Shown here one piece after another: positions 28,802 to 38,873 of a stretch of 64,000 bases of DNA (the stretch's first letter is position 1; every line of letters begins with the position of its first letter). The notes beneath the pieces were generated by a model. It saw nothing but the letters and a program-made list of their open reading frames with translations. It ran no database searches and was not told the origin of the DNA. Source of the stretch: an uncultured Gammaproteobacteria bacterium (lineage in GTDB: Bacteria > Patescibacteriota > Patescibacteriia > Magasanikbacterales > UBA922); assembly GCA_964597575.1 (NCBI GenBank), contig CAZQXB010000001.1:466111-530110 (forward strand), written 5' to 3'. A program made the translations under genes and the position numbers.

Positions 28802-29770
28802 ATGAATATCGTTGTGACCGGAGGGGCTGGTTTTATTGGCTCTCATTTCATTCGCTACACCCTTGAAAAGTATCCAGAAGATCGGGTCGTGAATGTGGAT
28901 GCTTTAACCTACGCCGGGAATCCTGAAAATGTGGGCGAATGGGAGCGAAATTCAAGATACGCTTTTGTTCACGGTGATATTACGGATGAAGTATTGATAG
29001 ACCGTGTGTTCGCTGAAGCCGACGCTGTGGTTCATTTTGCAGCCGAGAGCCATGTGGATCGTTCTATTGCAGACCCGACTGCGTTTCTTAAAACAAATAT
29101 CCTTGGAACCGAAGTGCTCCTTCGTGCGGCAAAAAAGCGCGGACTTCGTTTTCATCATGTGTCGACCGATGAAGTGTTTGGGGCGCTTGGTCCAAAAGAT
29201 CCGCCCTTTACTGAAAAAACGCCGTACGACCCGCGCAGTCCGTACTCTGCTTCGAAAGCATCTTCTGATCATTTGGTGCGTGCTTATTTTCATACCTATC
29301 ATCTTCCGGTTACTATTTCGAATTGTTCGAATAATTACGGTCCAAACATGTACCCGGAAAAAATTATTCCGCTGTTTATCTCCCGTTTGCTTGATGGGAA
29401 AAAAGTACCAGTGTATGGTGACGGGCAACAAGTGCGTGATTGGATTTATGTGGAGGATCATGTGCGAGGGGTCGATATGGCCTTGCGTCATGGAAAACTT
29501 GGCGAGACATATTGTTTTGGTGGCGGAAATGAATGGGCAAATATTGATTTGACCAAAAAATTATTAGAACTTTTAGGAAAAGATGAATCGTCGATTGAGT
29601 ATGTGACAGATCGGCCTGGGCACGATCGACGCTATGCCATTGATTTTTCGAAGGCGACAGCTGAACTCGGCTGGAAACCCGAAGTTTCGTTTGAAGAAGG
29701 GCTTAAAAAGACCGTTGATTGGTATGTTCATAATCCGGGGTTTTTGGCTCGCGCCCATACCCAGAAGTAA
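28802..29770 (+). CDS. rfbB: dTDP-glucose 4,6-dehydratase
   Basis: MNIVVTGGAGFIGSHF N-terminus, YSASKASSDHLVRAY catalytic YxxxK; 322 aa. Confidence 0.9.
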   Translation: MNIVVTGGAGFIGSHFIRYTLEKYPEDRVVNVDALTYAGNPENVGEWERNSRYAFVHGDITDEVLIDRVFAEADAVVHFAAESHVDRSIADPTAFLKTNILGTEVLLRAAKKRGLRFHHVSTDEVFGALGPKDPPFTEKTPYDPRSPYSASKASSDHLVRAYFHTYHLPVTISNCSNNYGPNMYPEKIIPLFISRLLDGKKVPVYGDGQQVRDWIYVEDHVRGVDMALRHGKLGETYCFGGGNEWANIDLTKKLLELLGKDESSIEYVTDRPGHDRRYAIDFSKATAELGWKPEVSFEEGLKKTVDWYVHNPGFLARAHTQK

Positions 29771-29833
29771 GGAAAAGAGGAAATTTTACGATTTTAGTTA
29801 AAAAATAGGCTTTCTTTAGCCGAAAATGAGAGG

Positions 29834-29862
29834 TTGACAATCTCTTGTTTTTGTGCTATAGT
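29834..29862 (+). promoter_or_regulatory. sigma70-type promoter TTGACA-N17-TATAGT for the FGE-like gene
   Basis: TTGACAatctcttgtttttgtgcTATAGT about 85 nt upstream of 29946. Confidence 0.5.
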
Positions 29863-29945
29863 TAATTGTTTCCCGGACCAACGTGTGGGTCCAGGAATCC
29901 TCCGTTTTGGAGTAAAAAAATCACACACATTGAGGAGAGGGACTC

Positions 29946-30992
29946 ATGTTTTCTAAGTTGTTCGTTGCTCTTTTTACGATTCTCCTTGTTTCGCTGTCGG
30001 CTTGCGCGTTTCGACCAGATTCGCTCATAGCCGAGGAGCCGACGTTGGTCGATGCACAGATCGGTCTCGACACCATCACTGTCGACGGCAACTCGGAAGA
30101 CGCTCAGTCATTCGAAGACGCCGCGGCGCTCGATGGAGGTGCTCACCCTGATACCGGGGGTGGCGATGTCGGCTTTTCAGATGCACAACCGCGTGATGCG
30201 GTAGTGCCTGACGCGAATGCCCCGGACGCAACCGTCCCAACCGACCCGAGTTTCGGGTACGAACGGGTGGTGGCGGGTACGGCGATGCTCGCGAACCCGC
30301 GTCGCTCGGTGACTTTCACCCGTGATCTGTGGGTCAAGCGCACCGAGGTCACTCGGTACGAATGGTGCGTCATCATGGGTCCCGAGGCACCAGATGACTG
30401 CCCCGCAGACGATCGTCCGATCGCAGACGTTCCTCTCGCGCAGATGCTTCTGTATCTCGACCGTCTTTCCGATCGGTTCGGACTCCCGCGATGCTACAAC
30501 GGGTTTTTGAATTATAACCCCACGTGCACCGGGTTCCGACTCCCGTCGGAGCTCGAGTGGGAGTTTGCCGCTCGCGGAACTGAGCAAGACGAGTTCGCAG
30601 GGGCAGTCTGCCAACCAAGCATGAACAACCTGAACCAGTGTGTTCAGGACGTCTGCCTCGAGCCGGTGGCATGGTACTGCCCGAATCGTGTAGCAGGTCC
30701 GCAACCCGTATCCCAGGGACCGACCGCTTCTGGGCCAGTAGCCAACTCAAACGGCCTCGTTCACGTTCATGGAAACGTGTACGAGACGACGCAGGGCTGC
30801 GACGGGCCGCTTGCCACGGGTCCGGTCACTGACCCGCTACCTCCATCATGGCCGTGTGTAGGCAACCGAGTACTTCGTGGCGGTAGCTACGAGGCAATCG
30901 GTAACGAACTCGGGCTTTCGGTCCGGTTCAATGTCTCATTCGGTCACCAGTCATTGTCCGCTGGCTTCCGCCCGGTGCGAAGCGCCAGCTAA
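29946..30992 (+). CDS. FGE-sulfatase (SUMF1) domain lipoprotein
   Basis: Lipobox LSAC; RLPSELEWEFAARG and LRGGSYEA motifs of the formylglycine-generating-enzyme family. About 60% GC against the roughly 45% backbone. Confidence 0.7.
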   Translation: MFSKLFVALFTILLVSLSACAFRPDSLIAEEPTLVDAQIGLDTITVDGNSEDAQSFEDAAALDGGAHPDTGGGDVGFSDAQPRDAVVPDANAPDATVPTDPSFGYERVVAGTAMLANPRRSVTFTRDLWVKRTEVTRYEWCVIMGPEAPDDCPADDRPIADVPLAQMLLYLDRLSDRFGLPRCYNGFLNYNPTCTGFRLPSELEWEFAARGTEQDEFAGAVCQPSMNNLNQCVQDVCLEPVAWYCPNRVAGPQPVSQGPTASGPVANSNGLVHVHGNVYETTQGCDGPLATGPVTDPLPPSWPCVGNRVLRGGSYEAIGNELGLSVRFNVSFGHQSLSAGFRPVRSAS

Positions 30993-31103
30993 TCCCGGCC
31001 AGTCCTGGCCAACCGCCCACGTCATTCGATGTGGGCTTTTCATTAATGTAAATGATCGAAAATAGTTGATAATACGCGAAGAAATCGTTACTATAGAGCG
31101 TAT

Positions 31104-31976
31104 ATGGATGTAAGCGTTATCACCGTCACCTGGAATTCAGCGGATATGATTGAAGCTCAACTTCAGTCTGTTCGAAATGCAGCTGAGGGTGTTTCTTTTG
31201 AACATATTGTCGTTGATAATGCTTCAACCGATGCCACGGTTGAAAAAATTGAACAAAGTGGATTCCCGATTCAACTCTATACACAAACAAAGAATCTTGG
31301 TTTTGCCGGTGGTAATAATATTGGATTTTCCCATGCCACGGGTCGATATATCTTTTTTTTGAATCCTGACATGGCACTTTTGCCTGGAACACTTCAAAAG
31401 GCCGTTCAATTTATGGATGCCCACCCAAATGCGGCTATCAGTTCTGGAGTTTTGAAAGACAAAGACGGTCACTCTTCCTTACTTCTTCGTCCGCGTCTTT
31501 TTCCTCGCCGCCGTGACCAAGTAATGATTTTTTTTAAGCTTCATCGATTGTTTCCAAAAGCAATGAAAATGTATACCGGCGAAACTCTTGATCTGACACA
31601 CGAGCAAAAAGTGGATTCAGTTCGAGGGTCGTGCATGATTGTTCGTCGATCGTTTCTCGATACGCTTGGGTTTGCTTTTGATCCCCGTTATTTTATTTGG
31701 TATGAAGATGTTGATCTGTGTCGCGAAGCGTATGCGCGTGGATACGAGGTGTGGCTCACATCAGCCTTTTCAGCCAGCGATTTTGCCGGAAGAAGTTTTG
31801 CGAAACGTCGTCTGTACTGGAAACAAAAACAATTTACGAAAAGCATGGTTGGGTACGAGAAAAAATGGGGGCATCCTTTTTTTGCGCTCTTTCTTTCTGT
31901 TTGTCGAATTCCACTTTTGGTACTCGCGTGGCTTCACGACGTTTTAGGATTTCGCTCACGTCCTTCACAAATATGA
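31104..31976 (+). CDS. glycosyltransferase family 2
   Basis: VSVITVTWNS...VVDNASTD, DxD-type region; 290 aa. Confidence 0.8.
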   Translation: MDVSVITVTWNSADMIEAQLQSVRNAAEGVSFEHIVVDNASTDATVEKIEQSGFPIQLYTQTKNLGFAGGNNIGFSHATGRYIFFLNPDMALLPGTLQKAVQFMDAHPNAAISSGVLKDKDGHSSLLLRPRLFPRRRDQVMIFFKLHRLFPKAMKMYTGETLDLTHEQKVDSVRGSCMIVRRSFLDTLGFAFDPRYFIWYEDVDLCREAYARGYEVWLTSAFSASDFAGRSFAKRRLYWKQKQFTKSMVGYEKKWGHPFFALFLSVCRIPLLVLAWLHDVLGFRSRPSQI

Positions 31977-33016
31977 AACTTGCTTTTCAGTTGGTCACCT
32001 GGAATAGCGCGGCGTGGCTCCCGTATCTTTTTGCATCGCTCAAAGATCAAACCCTGCTAACAACACTTCCAAAAACAGCATGGAAGTTGTTTGTATTCGA
32101 TAATGGTTCAACTGACAAAAGTGTTGAATATGTCGAAACATTTTCTCAGGAATTTTCTCTTGAACTCATTCAGCATAAAGAAAATATTGGTTTTGCTGCT
32201 GGGCACAATGCTTTATTTCAAAAACATGACGCCGAGTATGTGGTTCTTTTGAATCCTGACATTGTACTCTTGCCTAAAACTCTAGAAAGAATGGTTCAGG
32301 CATTTTCCACCTTACCCAAAGAAACCGCAGCCATTACGCCACGACTCATGCGTGCTCACCCAGCCAATGATGTGGCCTTTCGATCGGTTGATACGGTTGA
32401 TTCTCTTGGGTTACGTGTGCATCGATCAAGGCGCGTTACTGAAATTGGTGGAGGAGAATCGTGGAAAGGACTTGAGGGTTCGTTTGCAAAAGAGGCCGTG
32501 CCTGTGTTCGGGGTGTCAGGTGCGCTTCCGATGTATCGACGAAGTGCGCTTCAGGACGTAGCGTTTTCTTCCGGTGATATTTTTGATCCACTGCATGGTT
32601 CTTATAAAGAAGATGTTGATTTGGCTTTTCGTTTGGTTTCTCGAGGGTATGAAGCGTGTGCGATTCCAAGCATTGTTGCGTATCATGGTCGAGGTATTGC
32701 AGGCGGTCGGGGATACGGTGCTTCTCTTGCACTATCCAAGGGAAAAGAATCATCATTTGCTCGGCTTCTCAGTTATCGCAACCACTGGTACACCATTTTA
32801 AAAAATGAATATACCGAGAATCTCCGCCTTGATTTTTTCGCTCTATTGTGGTATGAACTTACCAAGTTTGGTTGGCATCTCCTGTTTGCTCCGAGAGTGC
32901 TTGCTCAGACGGTTCACGATCTTTGGTTGAACTGGGCGAAACTCATGAAAAATCGTGCGGAAATACAAGAAAAACGCCGTTTATCTGCCTCAGAAGTTCG
33001 TTCGTGGTGGAAGTAG
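31973..33016 (+). CDS. glycosyltransferase family 2
   Basis: Start MKLAFQLVTWNS at 31973 (ATGA overlap with the previous stop). The longer track ORF (31718) overlaps the upstream gene. Confidence 0.75.
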   Translation: MKLAFQLVTWNSAAWLPYLFASLKDQTLLTTLPKTAWKLFVFDNGSTDKSVEYVETFSQEFSLELIQHKENIGFAAGHNALFQKHDAEYVVLLNPDIVLLPKTLERMVQAFSTLPKETAAITPRLMRAHPANDVAFRSVDTVDSLGLRVHRSRRVTEIGGGESWKGLEGSFAKEAVPVFGVSGALPMYRRSALQDVAFSSGDIFDPLHGSYKEDVDLAFRLVSRGYEACAIPSIVAYHGRGIAGGRGYGASLALSKGKESSFARLLSYRNHWYTILKNEYTENLRLDFFALLWYELTKFGWHLLFAPRVLAQTVHDLWLNWAKLMKNRAEIQEKRRLSASEVRSWWK

Positions 33017-33044
33017 TCAGAGAGAAATTTTCCACAAGATACCT

Positions 33045-33890
33045 ATGCTTGATCTCCATATTGTTACCGTCAACTACAAAACAAAAGAAGTTCTGGTAGC
33101 AATGCTTGAGAGCTTGTTTCTTGACCTTAAAAGTTGTTCGTATGCAGTTGCTGTAACCGTCGTTGATAATTCACAAAATTCTGATGGAATTAAAGAAGCG
33201 CTCGCTCAAACTTTTCCTAAAGTGGTGTATAAAGATGCTGGAAATAACCTCGGTTTTGGTCGAGCAAATAACGTGGGGTTTCGTGAACGAGAGGCGCGGT
33301 ATTATTTAGCGCTGAACCCCGATACGCTTCTTCAAGAAGGGGCGAACACCATTACACGGATGATTCAGTTTTTAGATGCGCATCCGAAAATTGGAGCAAT
33401 TGGACCAAAGCTCGTGAATGTCGATGGAACATTGCAGTATGCCTGCTATCGTTTTGACCTTCCTTCCATTTGTGTGAAGCCTCTTAAGTATGTTCCACAG
33501 GGTCATCGGATTGGGCGAATTCGCACCCTCATTGACCGGCTTCACATGGCCGATTTTGATCATAATTCAACTCGGCCAGTTGACTGGGTACTCGGAGCGG
33601 CTCTTATGGTTCGCCGTGAAGTGGTGGAAGAGGTCGGCTTTTTCGACGAGCGCTATTTTATGTATATGGAAGATGCGGACTGGTGCCGTGCCATGTGGGA
33701 AAAAGGGTGGCCGGTCTACTATGTTCATGATATTATCATGACACACCGCTACGCACGTGACTCAGCCAGAATTGCCGGACCCGTCGCCTCGATGCTTAAA
33801 AATAAGCTCGCCCGGATTCATGTGATGAGTTGGCTCAGGTTTTTGTGGAAGTGGCGACGTGCGCATCGTTTTTATGGACACCGTTCCTAA
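33045..33890 (+). CDS. glycosyltransferase family 2
   Basis: MLDLHIVTVNYKTKE N-terminus; 281 aa. Confidence 0.75.
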   Translation: MLDLHIVTVNYKTKEVLVAMLESLFLDLKSCSYAVAVTVVDNSQNSDGIKEALAQTFPKVVYKDAGNNLGFGRANNVGFREREARYYLALNPDTLLQEGANTITRMIQFLDAHPKIGAIGPKLVNVDGTLQYACYRFDLPSICVKPLKYVPQGHRIGRIRTLIDRLHMADFDHNSTRPVDWVLGAALMVRREVVEEVGFFDERYFMYMEDADWCRAMWEKGWPVYYVHDIIMTHRYARDSARIAGPVASMLKNKLARIHVMSWLRFLWKWRRAHRFYGHRS

Positions 33891-34971
33891 GGTTGGACTT
33901 ATTTATTTGTCATATCATAGCGAGCCGCACCTCGACGATTTTTTGGCTTCTCTTAAAACAATGGATTATCCAAAAGAAGCGGTAGAGGTTATTATCGTTG
34001 ATAACCCTCATCCAGAATATGGTTTATCGGTTCGTGCTATTTCTGAAAAGTTCCTTCCTCTTTCAGGGAAAGAAATTCCCCGAGTCACACTTCTTCCTCA
34101 AGAAACAAACGAAGGTTTTGCCACGGGCAATAATGCTGGGGTGGTGCGCGCACTTGAGCTCGGGTGTGAGTATCTTATCTTTCATAATGATGACGGCTTT
34201 TTTGCACCATCTGGAGTTTCGAAGCTCGTTCAGGCCATGCAAAAAAACCCAGATATTGGTATGGCCCAGGCTCTTATTCTTCTCTATCCTGATACCGAGT
34301 TTGTAAATAGTCGTGGAAATTCTTTTCATTACCTTGGGTTTGGGTTTTGTGACGGGTATCGGGAGAAGTATGCCGACCTTACGCTTCCCGAGATCAGTGA
34401 TATTTCGTATGCAAGTGGTGCGGCCTGTATTGTTTCGTCAAAAGTCATACAGGCTGGCGGGGGATGGGATCCAGATTATTTCATGTATCACGAAGATCTC
34501 GATTGGTCGCTCCGTCTTCGTTTGCTTGGATTTCGTGTTGCGCTCATTCGCGATGCTGTGTTTTACCATAAATACCAATTTAGTCGGAGCATCACGAAGT
34601 TTTTTTATCAGCAAAGAAATCGCTACGCGGTTCTTTTGCTTTTTTATAAAATTCCTACGCTCATTCTCCTTTTGCCGATGCTTCTTTTTATCGAGCTTGG
34701 TCTTTGGGTATTTGCTTTTAAGAATCACTGGGTTCAAAAGCAAAAACAAGTGTATACGTATTGGGCAAAAAAAGCATCGTGGCATCTGTGGCTCAAAAAG
34801 CGAAAGCATATTCAGTCTGCGCGAGTTGTTTCCGACCGTACATTGCTTCGTTTTTCTGTCCCCGTTATCCTTTTTCAGGAGGCCATGATGAAAAACGCTC
34901 TGCTCCTTTATGTGGGAAATCCGCTTATGCGGATCTATTACCACTTGATTCGTTTCATCGTTTGGTGGTAA
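33859..34971 (+). CDS. glycosyltransferase family 2 with C-terminal TM segments
   Basis: LIYLSYHS...VIIVDN..., FHNDDGF (DxD) and a hydrophobic C-terminus; overlaps the upstream gene by about 30 nt. Confidence 0.7.
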   Translation: MRIVFMDTVPKVGLIYLSYHSEPHLDDFLASLKTMDYPKEAVEVIIVDNPHPEYGLSVRAISEKFLPLSGKEIPRVTLLPQETNEGFATGNNAGVVRALELGCEYLIFHNDDGFFAPSGVSKLVQAMQKNPDIGMAQALILLYPDTEFVNSRGNSFHYLGFGFCDGYREKYADLTLPEISDISYASGAACIVSSKVIQAGGGWDPDYFMYHEDLDWSLRLRLLGFRVALIRDAVFYHKYQFSRSITKFFYQQRNRYAVLLLFYKIPTLILLLPMLLFIELGLWVFAFKNHWVQKQKQVYTYWAKKASWHLWLKKRKHIQSARVVSDRTLLRFSVPVILFQEAMMKNALLLYVGNPLMRIYYHLIRFIVWW

Positions 34972-34975
34972 AAGA

Positions 34976-36085
34976 ATGAATATGAAGATTACGAAAGCCA
35001 TTCTCACAGGAGGGGGTCGGGCCACACGCCTGCAGCCAATTACCTCTACCATTAATAAACATCTCCTCCCACTCGCAAATAAGCCGATGATTTTTCATGC
35101 CATAGAAAAAGTAGTGGATGCGGGCATTACGGATATTTTTATTAATGTAAATCCCGGGGACACGGAATTTGCAAAGCAAGTTGGGGATGGCGGACATTGG
35201 GGAATCCGGATTACCTATTTTGAACAAACTGGTGGGCCACAGGGGATTGCGCATGTGGTAAACGAAGCCAAAAAGTTTATTGGCGATGATCCATTTGTGT
35301 TTTACCTTTCGGATAATATTTTGCTTGGATCGGTGAAAGACATGATTCGTGAGTTCGAGAACGGCAAATACGATTGTATGCTGGCCCTTTCACAGGTTCC
35401 AGACCCTGAGCGTTTTGGAGTACCGATTTTTTCTCCGGAGGGAACATTGGTTGATGTGGTTGAGAAGCCAGCTAAGGCACCAAATCATTTTGCGGTGACT
35501 GGAATTTATGTTTACGGACCAAAAATATTTTACGAGGCGTTTCAGCATATTAAGAAAAGCACTCGCGGGGAATATGAGATTTCTGATATCCATTCGTATT
35601 TTTTGAAAAATGGAAAAAAGGTGGGATATAAAGAAATTACCGGTTGGTGGAAAGACACCGGGAAACCGGAGGACCTCTTGCTTGCAAACCAACTTCTTCT
35701 TGATATGCAACCAGAACAGGCTTGGTCGCGTATGGGAAACATTGATTCGAGTGCCCACATTGAGGGGAAAGTAATGATTGGCCAGGGAACAGTGATTGGT
35801 CCGAACAGCACGATTCGCGGGCCTGTGGTTATTGGGGAACACGCTGAAATAAAAAATGCGAATATTGGTCCCTATGTTACGCTTGGTCGCAGCACCAAAG
35901 TGGATGGGGTCACGATTGCCAATACTATGGTATTTGATCAAGCCGTCATAACTGGCGGAGCATCTATTGCTGATAGTTTAATTGGAAAAGCCGCGAATCT
36001 TCATTTGCCAAAAGAAAGTGGCATCACCAAAAAATTGATTGTAGGGGATAAGACCGTGATCCAAGATATTTCTTCACATACATAG
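34976..36085 (+). CDS. rfbA: glucose-1-phosphate thymidylyltransferase-like sugar nucleotidyltransferase with a C-terminal left-handed beta-helix
   Basis: AILTGGGRATRLQPITSTINKHLLPLANKPMIF N-terminus plus hexapeptide repeats at the C-terminus; 369 aa. Confidence 0.8.
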   Translation: MNMKITKAILTGGGRATRLQPITSTINKHLLPLANKPMIFHAIEKVVDAGITDIFINVNPGDTEFAKQVGDGGHWGIRITYFEQTGGPQGIAHVVNEAKKFIGDDPFVFYLSDNILLGSVKDMIREFENGKYDCMLALSQVPDPERFGVPIFSPEGTLVDVVEKPAKAPNHFAVTGIYVYGPKIFYEAFQHIKKSTRGEYEISDIHSYFLKNGKKVGYKEITGWWKDTGKPEDLLLANQLLLDMQPEQAWSRMGNIDSSAHIEGKVMIGQGTVIGPNSTIRGPVVIGEHAEIKNANIGPYVTLGRSTKVDGVTIANTMVFDQAVITGGASIADSLIGKAANLHLPKESGITKKLIVGDKTVIQDISSHT

Positions 36086-36131
36086 CGTGTATCCGGTCGG
36101 TCGCAAAAGCCCCTGTGCCTTTTTTGCGAAA

Positions 36132-37508
36132 CTATTTTACAAGCGGCAAGGAGTAAAGCTGAACCCCTTCTGCGTTTGGAGAAAAAAGAAATGTGAGATG
36201 GTTGCCACGGTGGGTGGTCATAAGTTCGGTGATGGTTGATCCGCTAAATAATTCTGTGGTTACCAGATCATCTTCGCGGATAAGAAGAATTTTTTTGTCA
36301 CTGAATAAGGCGACGCTCGAAAAACGAGGCAACGGCGTTATGCTCTGAATGGCGCTTCCTAAACGGTTAAGGAGCATCGTCTCTCCGGTTGGGCTGATGG
36401 CCCACAGCTCACTTCCGCTTGCAATATACGCCTTCGATGTTTCGCTGTTTATGCGGCTGTCAGCCACGTCGCGGAAAAGTTTTGTTTCTTTATTCTGCCG
36501 AGAGATAAGTTGGATTTGAGCACCACTTTCGACGAGAAGGTGGCTATCGGTGATAAGAAGAAAACGAGTAATAATTAACCCAGGGGTGTTATATCGTTCA
36601 GTGACTCTGCCATTCACGATTTGCTCAACACCTCCTTCGTGCTCCCTCCACAAAAATCCTTGACCATCGTATGCCCAGGTATTTGTTGGTGCTTCGGCAA
36701 CCGCAGTTTTTACATTATTCTCGACGCTAAAAATCGTTGAGCTGCTCGACACAAAAAATTTTGCTCTTTCTCGGGTTTTTGGATCCGGCCAGACGATTCT
36801 CTCTAGACGAACGGGTTCTTCAAAAGGAAAAACAACGGGCGCAAATTCTTGTTCTGCTGAAAAAAATAACGCGTGATCGCTTGAGGTTGTGGAAAGTACC
36901 AGAATAAACTCTTCTGTCCGTGGAGACCAAGATTCTACTGAGATGGCGGCCTGATCGCGAACTAAGGATTCCAGAGTTTCTCGTTCCGTGTCGTAGAGAT
37001 AGGCCACAGAAAGTCCTTCGTCGTGGCCAGTGAGAAGTACATATCGGCCCGACGGCGAAACACTGCTTTTTTCGATACGAAACTCGAGATCACTTAGTTT
37101 AATAGGGAGTGTTTTCGGCAGTAACCGTACATCTCGAACGTAGGTTGTTTGGTTGCTTTGAATGGAGATATCTTTTACAAACGTGTGGTAGCCGGGGTTT
37201 GTGAGCGTGAGTTTATAGGTACCCGGAGCGCGGTTTTTTAATTCGTATGAAGCCATGTCTCGGGAGAGAAGGGGAATGTTTGCTTGGCTCTCTCCGATAG
37301 GTGTTTCGCCAAGAAGGACATGAGTATCTCTCGGTGAAACATCGATACTGAGCACTCCCGTCGCTTGAATTCTTTTTGTGGTCCAGTCATAACGATACCC
37401 AGCGGTATACATGATGACAAGCGGGGAAATGATAAAAAAAAGACCGACAAGAAAGTAGAAAATGCCGCGTCGCCATGGGCGAGTCAAGAAGATTTTAGGG
37501 TAACTCAT
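36132..37508 (-). CDS. PEGA domain membrane protein with a C-terminal beta-propeller-like region
   Basis: N-terminal TM, two PEGA-like segments (VLSIDVSPRDTHVLLGETPIG; YKLTLTNPGYHTF), and a long beta-rich C-terminus. Confidence 0.6.
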   Translation of the reverse strand: MSYPKIFLTRPWRRGIFYFLVGLFFIISPLVIMYTAGYRYDWTTKRIQATGVLSIDVSPRDTHVLLGETPIGESQANIPLLSRDMASYELKNRAPGTYKLTLTNPGYHTFVKDISIQSNQTTYVRDVRLLPKTLPIKLSDLEFRIEKSSVSPSGRYVLLTGHDEGLSVAYLYDTERETLESLVRDQAAISVESWSPRTEEFILVLSTTSSDHALFFSAEQEFAPVVFPFEEPVRLERIVWPDPKTRERAKFFVSSSSTIFSVENNVKTAVAEAPTNTWAYDGQGFLWREHEGGVEQIVNGRVTERYNTPGLIITRFLLITDSHLLVESGAQIQLISRQNKETKLFRDVADSRINSETSKAYIASGSELWAISPTGETMLLNRLGSAIQSITPLPRFSSVALFSDKKILLIREDDLVTTELFSGSTITELMTTHRGNHLTFLFSPNAEGVQLYSLPLVK

Positions 37509-37524
37509 AGAACCCGGAAAGTTT

Positions 37525-37553
37525 TTGCCTTTTTTTTCTGCTCCTTGTATACT
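37525..37553 (+). promoter_or_regulatory. sigma70-type promoter TTGCCT-N17-TATACT
   Basis: Lies 44 nt upstream of the ctpA-like start. Confidence 0.45.
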
Positions 37554-37596
37554 GACACCATATCAAAATTTTCTTCTTTCGTGAAGGCCTATACGT

Positions 37597-38850
37597 ATGT
37601 CGATTGAACAACCGCGTAACCATGGAGTTCGCCGAGCGCTTCTTATTCTTATTATTTTTGGTATAGGGGTGGTGTTCGGTCGCATGTGGGAAATAAGAAG
37701 CTTGCGCAATCGTGAAGTTGCGTCTATTACTCAAGTTCTTAATTTGTACGGAAAAACCCGCTCGTCGAGTGTTGATTTTGAGCAGTTTTGGGATATTTGG
37801 AAAGTGGTGAAAGAGGCGTATGTTGACCAGCCGGTTGATGACGTAACATTATTTTACGGAGCTCTCGAGGGAATGGTTCATGCCCTTGGCGACCCGTATT
37901 CCATGTACTTACCTCCAACAGAAGCTCAGGAATTTGCTTCCAGTTTAGCCGGGGAATTCGATGGTATTGGGGCAGAAATTGGTTTTGAAGGGGAGGAGAT
38001 GGTTATTATTACTCCACTTCCTGATAGTCCGGCAGAGCGTGCTGGGCTTCGTGCCGGGGACCGTATTCTCAAAATTAATGCTGAAGAAACCTTCCGCATG
38101 TCGCTCGGTGACGCAGTTACCAAGATTCGTGGTAAGGGCGGTACAACTGTATCACTCACCGTTCTTCGTCCTGGGGAAAAGGAATTGCGCGAGGTCAGTA
38201 TTGTGCGAGCTACAATTACCGTACCGTCGGTTGAGTATAGCCTCAAGAAGAATGGTTCGGTGGCGTATATTCGTTTGAATCAGTTTAATGATGACACCTG
38301 GCCTGAGTTTGATAAGGCCGTAAAAGACCTTTTGAAGAAAGGTGTTACGGGTGTCGTACTTGATTTACGAGGCAACCCAGGAGGATATTTGGAAACCGCA
38401 ATTCAAGTGGCCAGTGAATGGGTAAAAACCGGTACCATTGTGCGTGAACGAAATGGAAAGGGCGAAGAGGTACTCCATGAAACAGTCGGGGCACATCGAT
38501 TGGTTGGTATGCCAACGGTGGTTCTTGTTGATAACGGCTCGGCATCGGGCTCAGAAATTGTGGCCGGTGCGCTTAAAGATTATGCGGTCGCAAAGATTAT
38601 GGGAGAGAAAACATTTGGAAAAGGATCCGTTCAAGATTTTGGCCCACTTCCCGATAGTTCTGCTTTAAAAATTACTATTGCACGTTGGTTTACCCCACTC
38701 AATAATGGTATTGATAAAACAGGAATCGAACCGGACCAGGTGATTGTGGACATGTACACCGACCCTGCGTACCCCACATCAACTGCCCGGTATGGAGAGG
38801 AAAAGAAAGACAAAGGGCTAGATGTCGCTCTCAGTTCACTCGCGGAATAA
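37597..38850 (+). CDS. S41 family C-terminal processing peptidase
   Basis: PDZ (GAEIGFEGEEMVIITPLPDSPAERAGLRAGDRIL) and the S41 catalytic region (VLDLRGNPGGYL; Ser/Lys dyad region); N-terminal TM. Confidence 0.85.
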   Translation: MSIEQPRNHGVRRALLILIIFGIGVVFGRMWEIRSLRNREVASITQVLNLYGKTRSSSVDFEQFWDIWKVVKEAYVDQPVDDVTLFYGALEGMVHALGDPYSMYLPPTEAQEFASSLAGEFDGIGAEIGFEGEEMVIITPLPDSPAERAGLRAGDRILKINAEETFRMSLGDAVTKIRGKGGTTVSLTVLRPGEKELREVSIVRATITVPSVEYSLKKNGSVAYIRLNQFNDDTWPEFDKAVKDLLKKGVTGVVLDLRGNPGGYLETAIQVASEWVKTGTIVRERNGKGEEVLHETVGAHRLVGMPTVVLVDNGSASGSEIVAGALKDYAVAKIMGEKTFGKGSVQDFGPLPDSSALKITIARWFTPLNNGIDKTGIEPDQVIVDMYTDPAYPTSTARYGEEKKDKGLDVALSSLAE

Positions 38851-38873
38851 AAAGAAGTCTTCTTTTCACTTGT

